A DNA stretch of 64,000 nt from Candidatus Cloacimonadota bacterium (GTDB lineage Bacteria > Cloacimonadota > Cloacimonadia > Cloacimonadales > TCS61): contig JAUXIJ010000005.1 of the NCBI GenBank assembly GCA_030621085.1, forward strand, positions 537 through 64,536, read 5' to 3'. The notes under the pieces were generated by a model. It made no database searches, had not been told where the DNA came from, and saw only the letters and a program-made list of their open reading frames with translations. The position numbers and the translations under genes are program-made. The first letter of the stretch is position 1, and each line of letters starts with the position of its first letter. Shown here piece by piece: positions 50,136 to 61,395 of the stretch.

Positions 50136-51680
50136 TTACAAATCCAGCTCTACTTCGTGATTCTCTTCTTTTGCTGTAGCTGCTTTTTTGAACGTGATAT
50201 TTTCAGCAGGAGGTAAATTTGGTAATTTATTTTCTAAAAGATCTTCGACTGTAATTATCTGCAGCTTCTCAAATTTCCTGCCGAAATTCTGCTCTAAATA
50301 ATATCCTTCCTTCTTGGCAGCCTGTTTCATTCCATCTGTAACCTGCCCGGCAAAACAAACAAAAAGCCCCATTACAGCTTCTCTATCTTTAATTGTTTGA
50401 ATGAAATGATTTACCTGCTGCAAACTGGCATTACCGCTTTTTACTTCAATAAGAACAAATTCCTTTTTCCAGGGCATATCGAGAGTTAAATAACCGTCAA
50501 ACCCGGGTTGGTTCTTATTCTCATTCAAAACACCATGCAGCATAACTTCAATGATCCATTCCTCAAACTTTAAACGCCCTTTTCTGGTTGCAGTTGCAAG
50601 CTCTCTGGCAGAAGCAATATCCCGCGGGAAACCAAAAATCTCGAATGTTTTACGAACACCCGTTCCATAAGCATCCATCAATCTTTTTGTGATGAGCTTA
50701 ACTGCCAAATGAGAAATATCCACTCCAACCCATTTTCGTTTTAGTTTTTGCGCTACGGAAATTGCTGTACCGCATCCACAGAAGAAATCCGCAACTACAT
50801 CTCCCTTATTGGAACTGGCTTCTATTATCTTTTTTAAAAGCGCTTCCGGTTTTTGGGTAGGATAGCCTAATCGTTCATGTGAAGCTTGATTAAGGATGTC
50901 CAAATTCCAAAAATCTTTTGGTTTAATTCCAATCTTTTTATCAAGATAATCGACTCTAACCAAATCAGGTTCTTTTTCTAGCCATTTTATGTTTATGTCC
51001 GTTTTATTTTTTATTGGACTACCTTTAATATTTCTACCATGTAATCTAAATTTTCGACCTTTTGAATCCGAATATTTATACTTTTTTATTGTAACTTCAG
51101 AGAATGGTTCTGCAACAACTTCCCAATTATAATAATAATTTTCATTTTTTGTATAAAAAAAGATAATGTCATGTTGAGGTACAAATCTTGTTTTGCTTTG
51201 ATACATTGTTGTGTTTTTACACCAAACAATTTCATTTTTAAAATTCTTTTCATTAAAAATCAAATCACATACAATTTTCAAATAATGACTCATTGTCGGG
51301 TCACAATGCAAATAGAAGCTTCCTGTATCTTTCATCAGTTTTTGCATATACCAGATGCGGATGCCCATCGTGGCAAGATAGGAAATTGCACCTTTTGAGA
51401 TATTTATTTTATCGAGAGCTTCAAGGAAATTGGAAAGATTCATATCAATGTCTTTTATTTCTTCAATGGTATCAAGATAAGAAACATTGCTCCATGTATC
51501 TGCAAAAGCCTGCTTTTGTGCTTTTGTATCTTCCATGTCGATGCTTTCATAAAGAACATTATAATTGCGTTTACTGTTAAAAGGCGGATCGATGTAGATG
51601 AGGTCGATGAATCCGTTTGGATATTGTTTGAGCAGTTCTTTCATTATTTCCAGGTTATCACCAAAATATAGTTTGTTCAT
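50136..51680 (-). CDS. N6/N4 DNA methyltransferase (beta class) fused to C-terminal Mrr/REase-like domain
   Basis: DLIYIDPPF, YPTQKP, DFFCGCGT; C-terminal FEEW...GFDG...IEVKSG. Confidence 0.85.
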   Translation of the reverse strand: MNKLYFGDNLEIMKELLKQYPNGFIDLIYIDPPFNSKRNYNVLYESIDMEDTKAQKQAFADTWSNVSYLDTIEEIKDIDMNLSNFLEALDKINISKGAISYLATMGIRIWYMQKLMKDTGSFYLHCDPTMSHYLKIVCDLIFNEKNFKNEIVWCKNTTMYQSKTRFVPQHDIIFFYTKNENYYYNWEVVAEPFSEVTIKKYKYSDSKGRKFRLHGRNIKGSPIKNKTDINIKWLEKEPDLVRVDYLDKKIGIKPKDFWNLDILNQASHERLGYPTQKPEALLKKIIEASSNKGDVVADFFCGCGTAISVAQKLKRKWVGVDISHLAVKLITKRLMDAYGTGVRKTFEIFGFPRDIASARELATATRKGRLKFEEWIIEVMLHGVLNENKNQPGFDGYLTLDMPWKKEFVLIEVKSGNASLQQVNHFIQTIKDREAVMGLFVCFAGQVTDGMKQAAKKEGYYLEQNFGRKFEKLQIITVEDLLENKLPNLPPAENITFKKAATAKEENHEVELDL

Positions 51681-51700
51681 AATTTGCTCCTGATATTTAT

Positions 51701-51852
51701 GGATTCCCGTCCCCGATTTCTCGAGGACAAGCTTTCATGGGAATGACAAAGTCGCGGGAATGTCAAAGAAGAAAAGACACCTCTGTCATCCTCGACTCCG
51801 ATCGGGGATCTCGTTTAACACTATCATGGATTCCCGCTTTCGCGGGAATGAC
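51701..51852. repeat. Cluster of GGATTCCCGCTTTCGCGGGAATGAC-type REP-like elements
   Basis: Intact unit 51828-51852 paired with GTCATCCTCG at 51785; interrupted unit 51701-51747; half unit 51752-51764. Confidence 0.78.
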
Positions 51853-51866
51853 AAAATCTTTATCAG

Positions 51867-52484
51867 TTACTTATCCTTTTTATCACCCCGTACAAACTGG
51901 ATGGTATTATTGCGATAAACAAGCTGACATGATTTGTTATCGGAAGCAAGTTTGGGAAAAAAGATAAATCCTGATTTTTTAGCACCGGGAATGATCTTTC
52001 CAAAATTAAGTGAGTAGGTTATCAGGTTCTTTTTTGCTTCCCGCCATTCTTCCAATATCCTGCGCTGATCTTCAAAAAGTTGTTGAGTATCGGTTAGTTT
52101 ATCATCTTCAATATTTGCAATCACCAGGTATTCAAGCTGTTTTGGCAGTAACAACTTCTCAATGTAGTCCAGGCTTACCACGTCGAATTGGTTACCCTCC
52201 TCATCCAGCAGGCTGATATCGGAAGAATTTAATTCCATATCTTCATTCTGCCTGTTCTTAACTTGAATGTAGAATGTAGTGAAATAATCTGTAAGGTTTT
52301 GCGGTTCTTTGATCCAATACATATTCTCAGCGGCAAATGTCCAACCTTTGGTCTTGATCACGGCATAATCGTCAGTAATAATCACATTTTCAGATTTCAC
52401 CGGGATATACTTGATAGTGCAAGATGAAATGATAACAAATATCAGACACAACAAAATTACCATCAGCCATTTTTTTAGTGTCAT
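51867..52484 (-). CDS. Putative lipoprotein
   Basis: MTLKK + hydrophobic stretch + IISSC lipobox; AAAGGA RBS favours ATG 52484; Ig-like IIPGAKKSGFIFF tail. Confidence 0.7.
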   Translation of the reverse strand: MTLKKWLMVILLCLIFVIISSCTIKYIPVKSENVIITDDYAVIKTKGWTFAAENMYWIKEPQNLTDYFTTFYIQVKNRQNEDMELNSSDISLLDEEGNQFDVVSLDYIEKLLLPKQLEYLVIANIEDDKLTDTQQLFEDQRRILEEWREAKKNLITYSLNFGKIIPGAKKSGFIFFPKLASDNKSCQLVYRNNTIQFVRGDKKDK

Positions 52485-52507
52485 AATAAATCCTTTGCTC
52501 AATTATG

Positions 52508-52537
52508 AGCAGAGACGATTTTAAAATCGTCTCTGCT
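52508..52537. repeat. Perfect 30-bp palindrome downstream of gyrA (terminator or REP-like)
   Basis: AGCAGAGACGATTTTAAAATCGTCTCTGCT equals its reverse complement. Confidence 0.7.
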
Positions 52538-52564
52538 TCAGGTCTGTTATTAAAATATCACTTT

Positions 52565-55327
52565 TTATTCGTCAAGTCCTAAATCCAATTGAATTTCTTC
52601 ACCGCTTTCAATTTCCGGTTTTTCTTCTACAGATTCTTCTTCTACAGGAGCTACTGTAACAGGTTCTTCTTTCACAGGAATTTCTTCAACAGCCTCTTCT
52701 GCTGGTTTATTATTGGTGTCGGCACTTTCATCAGAGCCTGGAGTTGTTGTAACAGGTTCTTCTTCTACAGGAATTTCTTCACCAGCTTTTTCTGCAGCTT
52801 CTTGTTGTTCTTCAGGTTCATTATTGGCGACGGTACTTTCATCGGAGTCTGGAGATTCTACCGGTGTTTCGGGTGATGTTTCAAATAACTCCTCTTCTAC
52901 ATCAGGTTCGGCTGCAATTCTTGCAATGTCGTAAACCTTATCTTTGTCGTTAAGTTCGATAAGTTTTACACCTTGTGTATTCCTTCCTATAATGGAAATC
53001 CTATCAACTGCCTGTCTAATTATCATTCCTTCTTTTGTAACTATCATCAGATCATCGTTATCTACAACCTCGAGCAAAGAGATAAGTTTGCCGTTCCTTT
53101 CTGTAGTTTTAAGAGTAATAACACCTTTTGATCCACGTTTAGTGACCTTGTAATTTTCTACTTCCGAGCGTTTGCCATAACCATTTTCACTAATGGAAAG
53201 AAGAGTTCCTTCTCTTTTTACAACGACCATGGCCACAACTTTATCATCCTCTCTTAACCTTATGCCGCGCACACCTTGAGAATTCCTGCCCATAGATCTG
53301 GCATCTGTCTCATTGAACCTGTTGGCATATCCACCACTGGTTGCCAGAATAATATCGTTATCACCTTCAGTGATCTGCGCATCGATCAATTGATCGCCTT
53401 CCAATAATCTAATGGCAATGATACCATTTACTCTTGGTCGGGAAAAAGCATTTAACTCAGATTTTTTGATCGTACCTTTTTTCGTTACCATAGTAACAAA
53501 ATACGGTTGTTCGAAATCTCGAACTGTAACAAAAGCTTCGATCTTTTCTTCTCTTTCCAGTTGCAGAAGATTAACAATAGCTTTACCCCGGGCAAGTCTT
53601 CCAACTTTTGGGATGCGATAAACTTTCAGCCAATGACATTTCCCAAAATCTGTGAAAAATAATATGTAGGCATGAGTAGAAGCAACAAAGATACTTTCGA
53701 CAAAATCTTCTTCCTTCAGATTGGAACCGGAAAGTCCTTTGCCACCTCTTCCCTGCTTCCTGTATGTATCGATGGGAAGACGCTTTATATAACCATGATG
53801 AGAGATCGTGACCACCATATCCTCGTCAGCGATCATATCTTCGGTTTCAATATCAGCAGAACCTTCCAGGATAGTTGTACGACGAAGATCATTATATTTT
53901 TCCTTTATTTCGTTAACTTCCTTCTTAATTATATTCATACGTAGAAGACGCTTTTCTAATATATTTTTCAGTTTATCAATAATTTTAAGCAGATCATTAT
54001 ATTCTTTTTCGATCTTTTCTCTTTCCAGTCCTGTGAGTCTTTGAAGCTTCATTTCCAGGATCGCTTTTGCCTGTATCTCTGAAAGACCGAATTTTTCCTG
54101 CAGAGCATTACTGGCAATTTGAACGGTTTTGGAAGAGCGGATGGTTTTTATTACATCGTCGATATTATCGAGAGCAATACGATACCCTTCAAGGATATGA
54201 AGCCTCCTCTCCGCATTATCAAGTTCAAACTGTGTTCTGCGAACCACAACTTCATGTCGGAAATCAACATAATTCTGTATCATTTCCTTTATATTGATAA
54301 CTTGTGGAATTCCATTTACCAAAGCACGGTTGTTAACACTGAAACTTCCCTGCAGTTGAGAAAATTTATATAATTTATTCAGAACAGAACTGGCTTCTGC
54401 ATTTCTTTTTATCGCAATCACCAGTCTCATTCCCTGCCTGCCGGATTCATCGCGTATATCGCTGATACCTTCGATGCGTTTATCCTTTACTAATTCCACG
54501 ATCTTGTCTATCAAGAATGTTTTATTCAGTTGATAAGGAATTTCTGTTATCACTATCATTTCCGCACCGTTATTTTTGGTCTCGATCGCAGCTTTACCTC
54601 TCATGATAATTCTTCCATGCCCGGTAAGGAAATAATCTTTGATACCCTGAGAACCAATAATATAGCCACCTGTGGGGAAGTCAGGTCCTTTTATATATTC
54701 GAGCAGGTCGAGCGGTTCTAATTCGGGATTCTCGATATAAGCAATGATCCCTTCACATATTTCCGTAATATTGTGTGGAGCCATGTTTGTAGCCATTCCC
54801 ACAGCGATCCCTGACGAACCGTTAACCATAAGGTTCGGAAATTTAGAAGGAAATACTACAGGTTCTTTTCTGGTATCATCGTAGTTAGTTTTGAAATCGA
54901 CGGTTTCCTTTTCCAGGTCATCCATCAGGTCAACTGCTGCTTTCTGAAGACGTGCTTCCGTATAACGCATCGCTGCTGGTGGATCGCCATCCTGGGAACC
55001 AAAGTTACCCTGTCCGTCAACAAGTTGATATCGCAGACTCCACGGTTGAGCCATTCTTACCAGTGTGGGATAAATAACCTGTTCCCCATGAGGATGATAA
55101 TTACCGGAAGTATCACCAGCTATTTTTGCACATTTTCTAAAACCTTTTCCGGGAGCAAGATTAAGCTCGTTCATCGCAAATAATATTCTTCTCTGAGAAG
55201 GTTTAAGACCATCCCGAGCATCCGGTAATGCTCTGGATACGATCACACTCATCGAGTATTCCAGATAAGATTTTTTTAACACATCTTCAATTTCAATTAA
55301 TTCTATCCTTGATCTATCGTGTATCAT
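52565..55327 (-). CDS. gyrA: DNA gyrase subunit A with long acidic tail
   Basis: [24 protein letters not shown], GyrA-box QGRGGKG. Confidence 0.95.
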   Translation of the reverse strand: MIHDRSRIELIEIEDVLKKSYLEYSMSVIVSRALPDARDGLKPSQRRILFAMNELNLAPGKGFRKCAKIAGDTSGNYHPHGEQVIYPTLVRMAQPWSLRYQLVDGQGNFGSQDGDPPAAMRYTEARLQKAAVDLMDDLEKETVDFKTNYDDTRKEPVVFPSKFPNLMVNGSSGIAVGMATNMAPHNITEICEGIIAYIENPELEPLDLLEYIKGPDFPTGGYIIGSQGIKDYFLTGHGRIIMRGKAAIETKNNGAEMIVITEIPYQLNKTFLIDKIVELVKDKRIEGISDIRDESGRQGMRLVIAIKRNAEASSVLNKLYKFSQLQGSFSVNNRALVNGIPQVINIKEMIQNYVDFRHEVVVRRTQFELDNAERRLHILEGYRIALDNIDDVIKTIRSSKTVQIASNALQEKFGLSEIQAKAILEMKLQRLTGLEREKIEKEYNDLLKIIDKLKNILEKRLLRMNIIKKEVNEIKEKYNDLRRTTILEGSADIETEDMIADEDMVVTISHHGYIKRLPIDTYRKQGRGGKGLSGSNLKEEDFVESIFVASTHAYILFFTDFGKCHWLKVYRIPKVGRLARGKAIVNLLQLEREEKIEAFVTVRDFEQPYFVTMVTKKGTIKKSELNAFSRPRVNGIIAIRLLEGDQLIDAQITEGDNDIILATSGGYANRFNETDARSMGRNSQGVRGIRLREDDKVVAMVVVKREGTLLSISENGYGKRSEVENYKVTKRGSKGVITLKTTERNGKLISLLEVVDNDDLMIVTKEGMIIRQAVDRISIIGRNTQGVKLIELNDKDKVYDIARIAAEPDVEEELFETSPETPVESPDSDESTVANNEPEEQQEAAEKAGEEIPVEEEPVTTTPGSDESADTNNKPAEEAVEEIPVKEEPVTVAPVEEESVEEKPEIESGEEIQLDLGLDE

Positions 55328-55370
55328 TTTTTCCCCTTAAATTTTATTAATAATAATCAGGTATGCTTAT

Positions 55371-57296
<1,926 letters not shown>

Positions 57297-57579
57297 CTAT
57301 CATATTTTCCAATTCATACATGTATCCATTTCCGCCTGGCAGGAATATGTGTCAATTAATTTATTTGCATAAAGTTAGCTATTTTTTTCTTAAAAATGCG
57401 TTTCTTTGGAATAGGTTTGTATCTTATTATTATATAAGAAGTTACGAAGCTACTTTTTAAGAAACTGAAAAATTATAAATAAATTATGGAAATATTTTTT
57501 TTATTTCAGGAAAATTTCGTATAATAATTTCTATTTAATGTTACGATAGAAATGAGTCATGGAGCGGATCTGGAACTTA

Positions 57580-58155
57580 TCAGTCAGTATCGTCCAGCAG
57601 ATTCTTCCATTTATTATCGGAAGATGAAGATGAGGTATATTTTCCCAAGCTGATCACAACATTGATGGAACTCTTTTTGGGAATTAATTCGTCAGCCATT
57701 GGCTGAGAATAGATAATTTTTCCTTTAGTAACTTCTTCCGAATATCGAAAGATCTTTTCTCCTAAAGTAAGTCCGGCATTTTCCAGTTTCAGCTTGGCTT
57801 CCACAACCTTAAGATTATCAAGATATGGTATGCGAACAAGCTCCGGCCCATCGCTTACAGTAACATTTATAGTACGATATTTTTTTGTCATAATTTCCGG
57901 GTTAGGAGTTTGAGAGATTATCTTTCCCTTTTCGATCTCTTCATGATAAACGACCTCTGTTTGAGTAACATAGAGTTTTAATTCCTTACATTTTTTGCGT
58001 GCGATCTCGTAATTCATGCCTTGCAAATCAGGTACTATTACTTCATTCCTGTGTCCTACGATGATCTTCATAATTATGTCTGCAGCAAAGAATGCAACGA
58101 TAAACACCAATATCAGAATGCCAACAGCAATAAAGAAACCTTTTAATTTCTGCAT
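57580..58155 (-). CDS. PASTA domain protein
   Basis: TM anchor then two PASTA repeats (VPDLQG..GKIISQ.P; IPYL..GKIIYSQP). Confidence 0.88.
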   Translation of the reverse strand: MQKLKGFFIAVGILILVFIVAFFAADIIMKIIVGHRNEVIVPDLQGMNYEIARKKCKELKLYVTQTEVVYHEEIEKGKIISQTPNPEIMTKKYRTINVTVSDGPELVRIPYLDNLKVVEAKLKLENAGLTLGEKIFRYSEEVTKGKIIYSQPMADELIPKKSSINVVISLGKYTSSSSSDNKWKNLLDDTD

Positions 58156-58164
58156 TGATAACTC

Positions 58165-59484
58165 CTAATCAATTTTTTGCAATTTGGCAGCAAAAGCGCC
58201 ATCTATATCATGTTCAAACGGCAATGTTTTCAGATAGCCGTTCTCAGTAAATTCTTTTTTAATAAATTCACTGGCGGGAATAAGTTTGAAACCTCTATTT
58301 TTTGCAAGGAATTTTTCGATCTGCAGTTCATTTTCTGCTTTATTTAAGGTACAGGTGCTATATATTATAAATCCACCGGGTTTAACGAAGGAGGTGCCCA
58401 ATTTGAGCGCATCACTTTGCAATTTAAGCAACTTAGGCATATCCTGGTTAAGTTGCCAGCGTAATTCAGCTTTTTTCTGGAAAACTCCCCATCCGGAACA
58501 AGGCACATCTAAAAGAACTTTATCATATGCGGCTGCAACAGGTCCAAAACGAAAGGCATCTTCCGCATTTAATCTCATATTTTTTATCTGCAAACGTTCA
58601 ACAGCTTGTTTCAGTTTTTTTATCTTATTGGGAAATTTATCAACGGCAATCACTTCTCCGGTATTTGCCATGAGCTCGGAAATATAAGTAGCCTTGCCAC
58701 CAGGAGCAGCAAACAAGTCCAGAATATTCTCATCAAGTTCCGGATTCAGAAGCTCTACAACCAGGGCAGCAGATGTATCCTGTATGGAATAATAGCCCTC
58801 AGAAAAAGCGATCTCGTTCAATATTGCCCGTGGCTGATCAGAGATTAGTATATTTTCGGAAGCTTCGCTGGAAATTGTTTTGATGTTTCTGCGATTGAAA
58901 TATTGCATCAGGTGCGATTTGCTAGTAGCCATATGATTTACTCTGATATGAAGTTTGGGTACATCATTGTAATATATACACAGCATCTCGGTTTTTTCTT
59001 CTCCCCAATATTCCAGCCATTTATCAATAATTTTTATAGGAAATGAATATTCCAGAGCAAGACGTTCATTGATATTAACAGGATATTGTATCTGTGGAGA
59101 ACGCAAGTATGCTCGCAATATGGCATTCACAAAATTACCGATCTTATCTCCATATAGTTTTTTTGCCAGACTCACAGTTTCATACACAGCTGCATATTCG
59201 GGAATGCTATCGAAATATAAAAGCTGGTACAATCCCATATAGATAATAATTTTGATCTTTTTACTTGTAGCAGTAAATTTTCTCGGGTCTGCATATAATG
59301 AAGCAATATATTCCAGATTGCTTTGCATTTTAATTATACCTTTTACTAAAGCGTAAAGAAGGTCTGCGTTTTCGTTTGCTACTTGTAATCTTTTGGACAT
59401 CTGCTGCAGTAATTTATCTGAAAAAAGATTTTTGGAAAGAACTTTTACTATGATCTTGTAGGCTTCAAGCCTGATGTTTATCAT
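58165..59484 (-). CDS. rsmB: 16S rRNA m5C967 methyltransferase
   Basis: NusB-like N-terminus, IQD, DLFAAPGGK, LLDVPCSG, YSTCT..EN. Confidence 0.92.
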   Translation of the reverse strand: MINIRLEAYKIIVKVLSKNLFSDKLLQQMSKRLQVANENADLLYALVKGIIKMQSNLEYIASLYADPRKFTATSKKIKIIIYMGLYQLLYFDSIPEYAAVYETVSLAKKLYGDKIGNFVNAILRAYLRSPQIQYPVNINERLALEYSFPIKIIDKWLEYWGEEKTEMLCIYYNDVPKLHIRVNHMATSKSHLMQYFNRRNIKTISSEASENILISDQPRAILNEIAFSEGYYSIQDTSAALVVELLNPELDENILDLFAAPGGKATYISELMANTGEVIAVDKFPNKIKKLKQAVERLQIKNMRLNAEDAFRFGPVAAAYDKVLLDVPCSGWGVFQKKAELRWQLNQDMPKLLKLQSDALKLGTSFVKPGGFIIYSTCTLNKAENELQIEKFLAKNRGFKLIPASEFIKKEFTENGYLKTLPFEHDIDGAFAAKLQKID

Positions 59485-60092
59485 TAACTTCTCTTTCTAT
59501 ACAATGCTTTAATGCAAGCTTTTACTATTTCTTCAGAAGTAGTAAATTCCTGTTCCTTTAGAAGTGCAGAGAATATTTTACGTATTTCAAACTGTTTATA
59601 TCCTAAAGTTAACAAAGCAGATTCGGCTTCTTTTATCATATCAGTATGACCTATGCCACCACCATTCAGCAATTGATCTGGCTGGATACTTCCCACCCGG
59701 TCTTTCAATTCAATTATCAAGCGTTCGGCAGATTTCTTCCCAATACCCGGAATAGTAGCTATCAGGCTTACATCTCCTATCTGGATAGCATGGATAAGGT
59801 TTCCCACAGATAATCCCGATAGAATAGAAAGGGCAAGTTTGGGTCCTATTTTTGAAATAGCGATAAGATGCCTGAAAAGTTCTTTTTCTTCTGAAGTAAT
59901 AAAACCGAATAACCTGTTCCCATCCACTTCATTGAAGGAATAATGAATCAGGAGTTTAACTTCTTTGCCTATTTCCGGTAATTTATCAAAAGTACTTAAT
60001 GGAATATTTACTTCATAACCTACACCCTGGCAGTCAATAATAGCTATTACCGGTTCTTTCCCGGATAATACACCTTTTAAATAAGAGATCAT
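59484..60092 (-). CDS. ruvA: Holliday junction branch migration protein RuvA
   Basis: MISYLKG, GVGYEV, LFGF, IGPKLAL, PGIGKKSAERLIIELK. Confidence 0.95.
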   Translation of the reverse strand: MISYLKGVLSGKEPVIAIIDCQGVGYEVNIPLSTFDKLPEIGKEVKLLIHYSFNEVDGNRLFGFITSEEKELFRHLIAISKIGPKLALSILSGLSVGNLIHAIQIGDVSLIATIPGIGKKSAERLIIELKDRVGSIQPDQLLNGGGIGHTDMIKEAESALLTLGYKQFEIRKIFSALLKEQEFTTSEEIVKACIKALYRKRS

Positions 60093-60574
60093 AATTTTAT
60101 CCCGAGTTTAATTTTATTAAACAAACATAACGCATTTGCCAATGCATCGGTAGCATCCTGAGTTTCAGGTTTGATATCGATCTTAAGTATCTTTTTTACC
60201 ATATACTCCACTTGCTCTTTAGATGCATTTCCATTACCCACCACAGATTTTTTTACCTCGCGGGGAGAATACTCTACAATTTTTATTTTTCTTTGAGCAA
60301 GAGCAAGTAAAATTGCACCACGTGCATGACCCAGAGTAAAAGCAGATTTTATATTTTTCCCGTAAAATATGGTCTCAACTGCAGCAATATCGGGTTTGTA
60401 TTCATCAATGACCTTATCAATTTCTGAATAGATTACAGCCAACCGCTCTGCCAGATCCAAAGTGGGATCAATTTTGATAACATCACAGCCGGCAGCTACT
60501 ATTTTGTTATTCTCTAATTGCAAAATACCATAGCCACAAACATGACTACCGGGATCAATTCCAATAATTATCAA
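60089..60574 (-). CDS. ruvC: Holliday junction resolvase RuvC
   Basis: IGIDPG, AVE, LGHARG, GNGNASKEQV, DATDALA. Confidence 0.95.
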   Translation of the reverse strand: MIIIGIDPGSHVCGYGILQLENNKIVAAGCDVIKIDPTLDLAERLAVIYSEIDKVIDEYKPDIAAVETIFYGKNIKSAFTLGHARGAILLALAQRKIKIVEYSPREVKKSVVGNGNASKEQVEYMVKKILKIDIKPETQDATDALANALCLFNKIKLGIKL

Positions 60575-61320
60575 TCCGCCGATAACCTCTCTATTATTTC
60601 ATCAGATATTTCAAAATTAGCATATACTTTCTGGACATCATCATTATCTTCCAATTGATCCAGAAGTTTTAATAATTTCCCAGCCACGTTATCTGCATTA
60701 ACAGTATTTTTGGGGATACGTGTCTGTTCAGCCTTTTCTATTTGATATCCGTTTTCTTCCAGGATTTTATGCACAGAATGCAGATCTGAATAAGCAGTAA
60801 ATATTTCGTAATTTTCATTTTCGCTCGAGAAATCTTCTGCACCGGCATCGAGAGCAGCCATCATCAGTTCATCTTCGTCTACACCTTCTTTATTAATTTC
60901 GATGCTGCCTTTTGGTTCGAATATCCAGGAAACAGAACCGTTTTCTGCCAGGTTACCACCAAATTTTGAGAAAATGTGCCGGATATCTGATACAGTTCTT
61001 TGTTTATTATCGGTAAGTGTTTCTACAATGATTGCTACACCATCGTGCCCATAACCCTCATAAGTATAACTTTCATATTTAACACCTTCCAGTTCACCTG
61101 TTCCTTTTTTTATAGCTTTTTCAATGTTACTGCTCGGCATATTGTTATTTCTGGCAGTAGTAATGGCAAGACGCAGTCTGGGATTCATTTCCTGGTTTCC
61201 ACCACCTTCTCGGGCTGCTACAATTATTTCTTTTACCAGCTTGGTGAATAGCTTGCCACGTTTTGCGTCGGCTGCACCTTTCTTGTGTTTAATAGAGCTC
61301 CATTTACTATGACCGGACAT
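60571..61320 (-). CDS. yebC: YebC/PmpR family protein
   Basis: MSGHSKW, NPRLR, YEGYG, LTDN, DDVQKVY. Confidence 0.95.
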   Translation of the reverse strand: MSGHSKWSSIKHKKGAADAKRGKLFTKLVKEIIVAAREGGGNQEMNPRLRLAITTARNNNMPSSNIEKAIKKGTGELEGVKYESYTYEGYGHDGVAIIVETLTDNKQRTVSDIRHIFSKFGGNLAENGSVSWIFEPKGSIEINKEGVDEDELMMAALDAGAEDFSSENENYEIFTAYSDLHSVHKILEENGYQIEKAEQTRIPKNTVNADNVAGKLLKLLDQLEDNDDVQKVYANFEISDEIIERLSAD

Positions 61321-61395
61321 AAGACCTCCATGTAAGAATTATCCACCTTCAAAAGGTGTCATCATCCGCAGGGTGATTATTATTGAAAAACAGGA

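Noticed and set aside
51737-51967. 76-aa ORF containing WIPAFAGMT
   Set aside because: Translation of the REP-like repeat, antisense to the lipoprotein gene.
57514-57541. dif/pdif-like site (ATTTCGTATAA XerC-type arm)
   Set aside because: The XerD arm matches only 6 of 11 bases of TTATGTTAAAT.
61339-61378. TTATCCACC and two short hairpins upstream of yebC
   Set aside because: Single imperfect DnaA-like box and weak stems; not distinguishable from chance.
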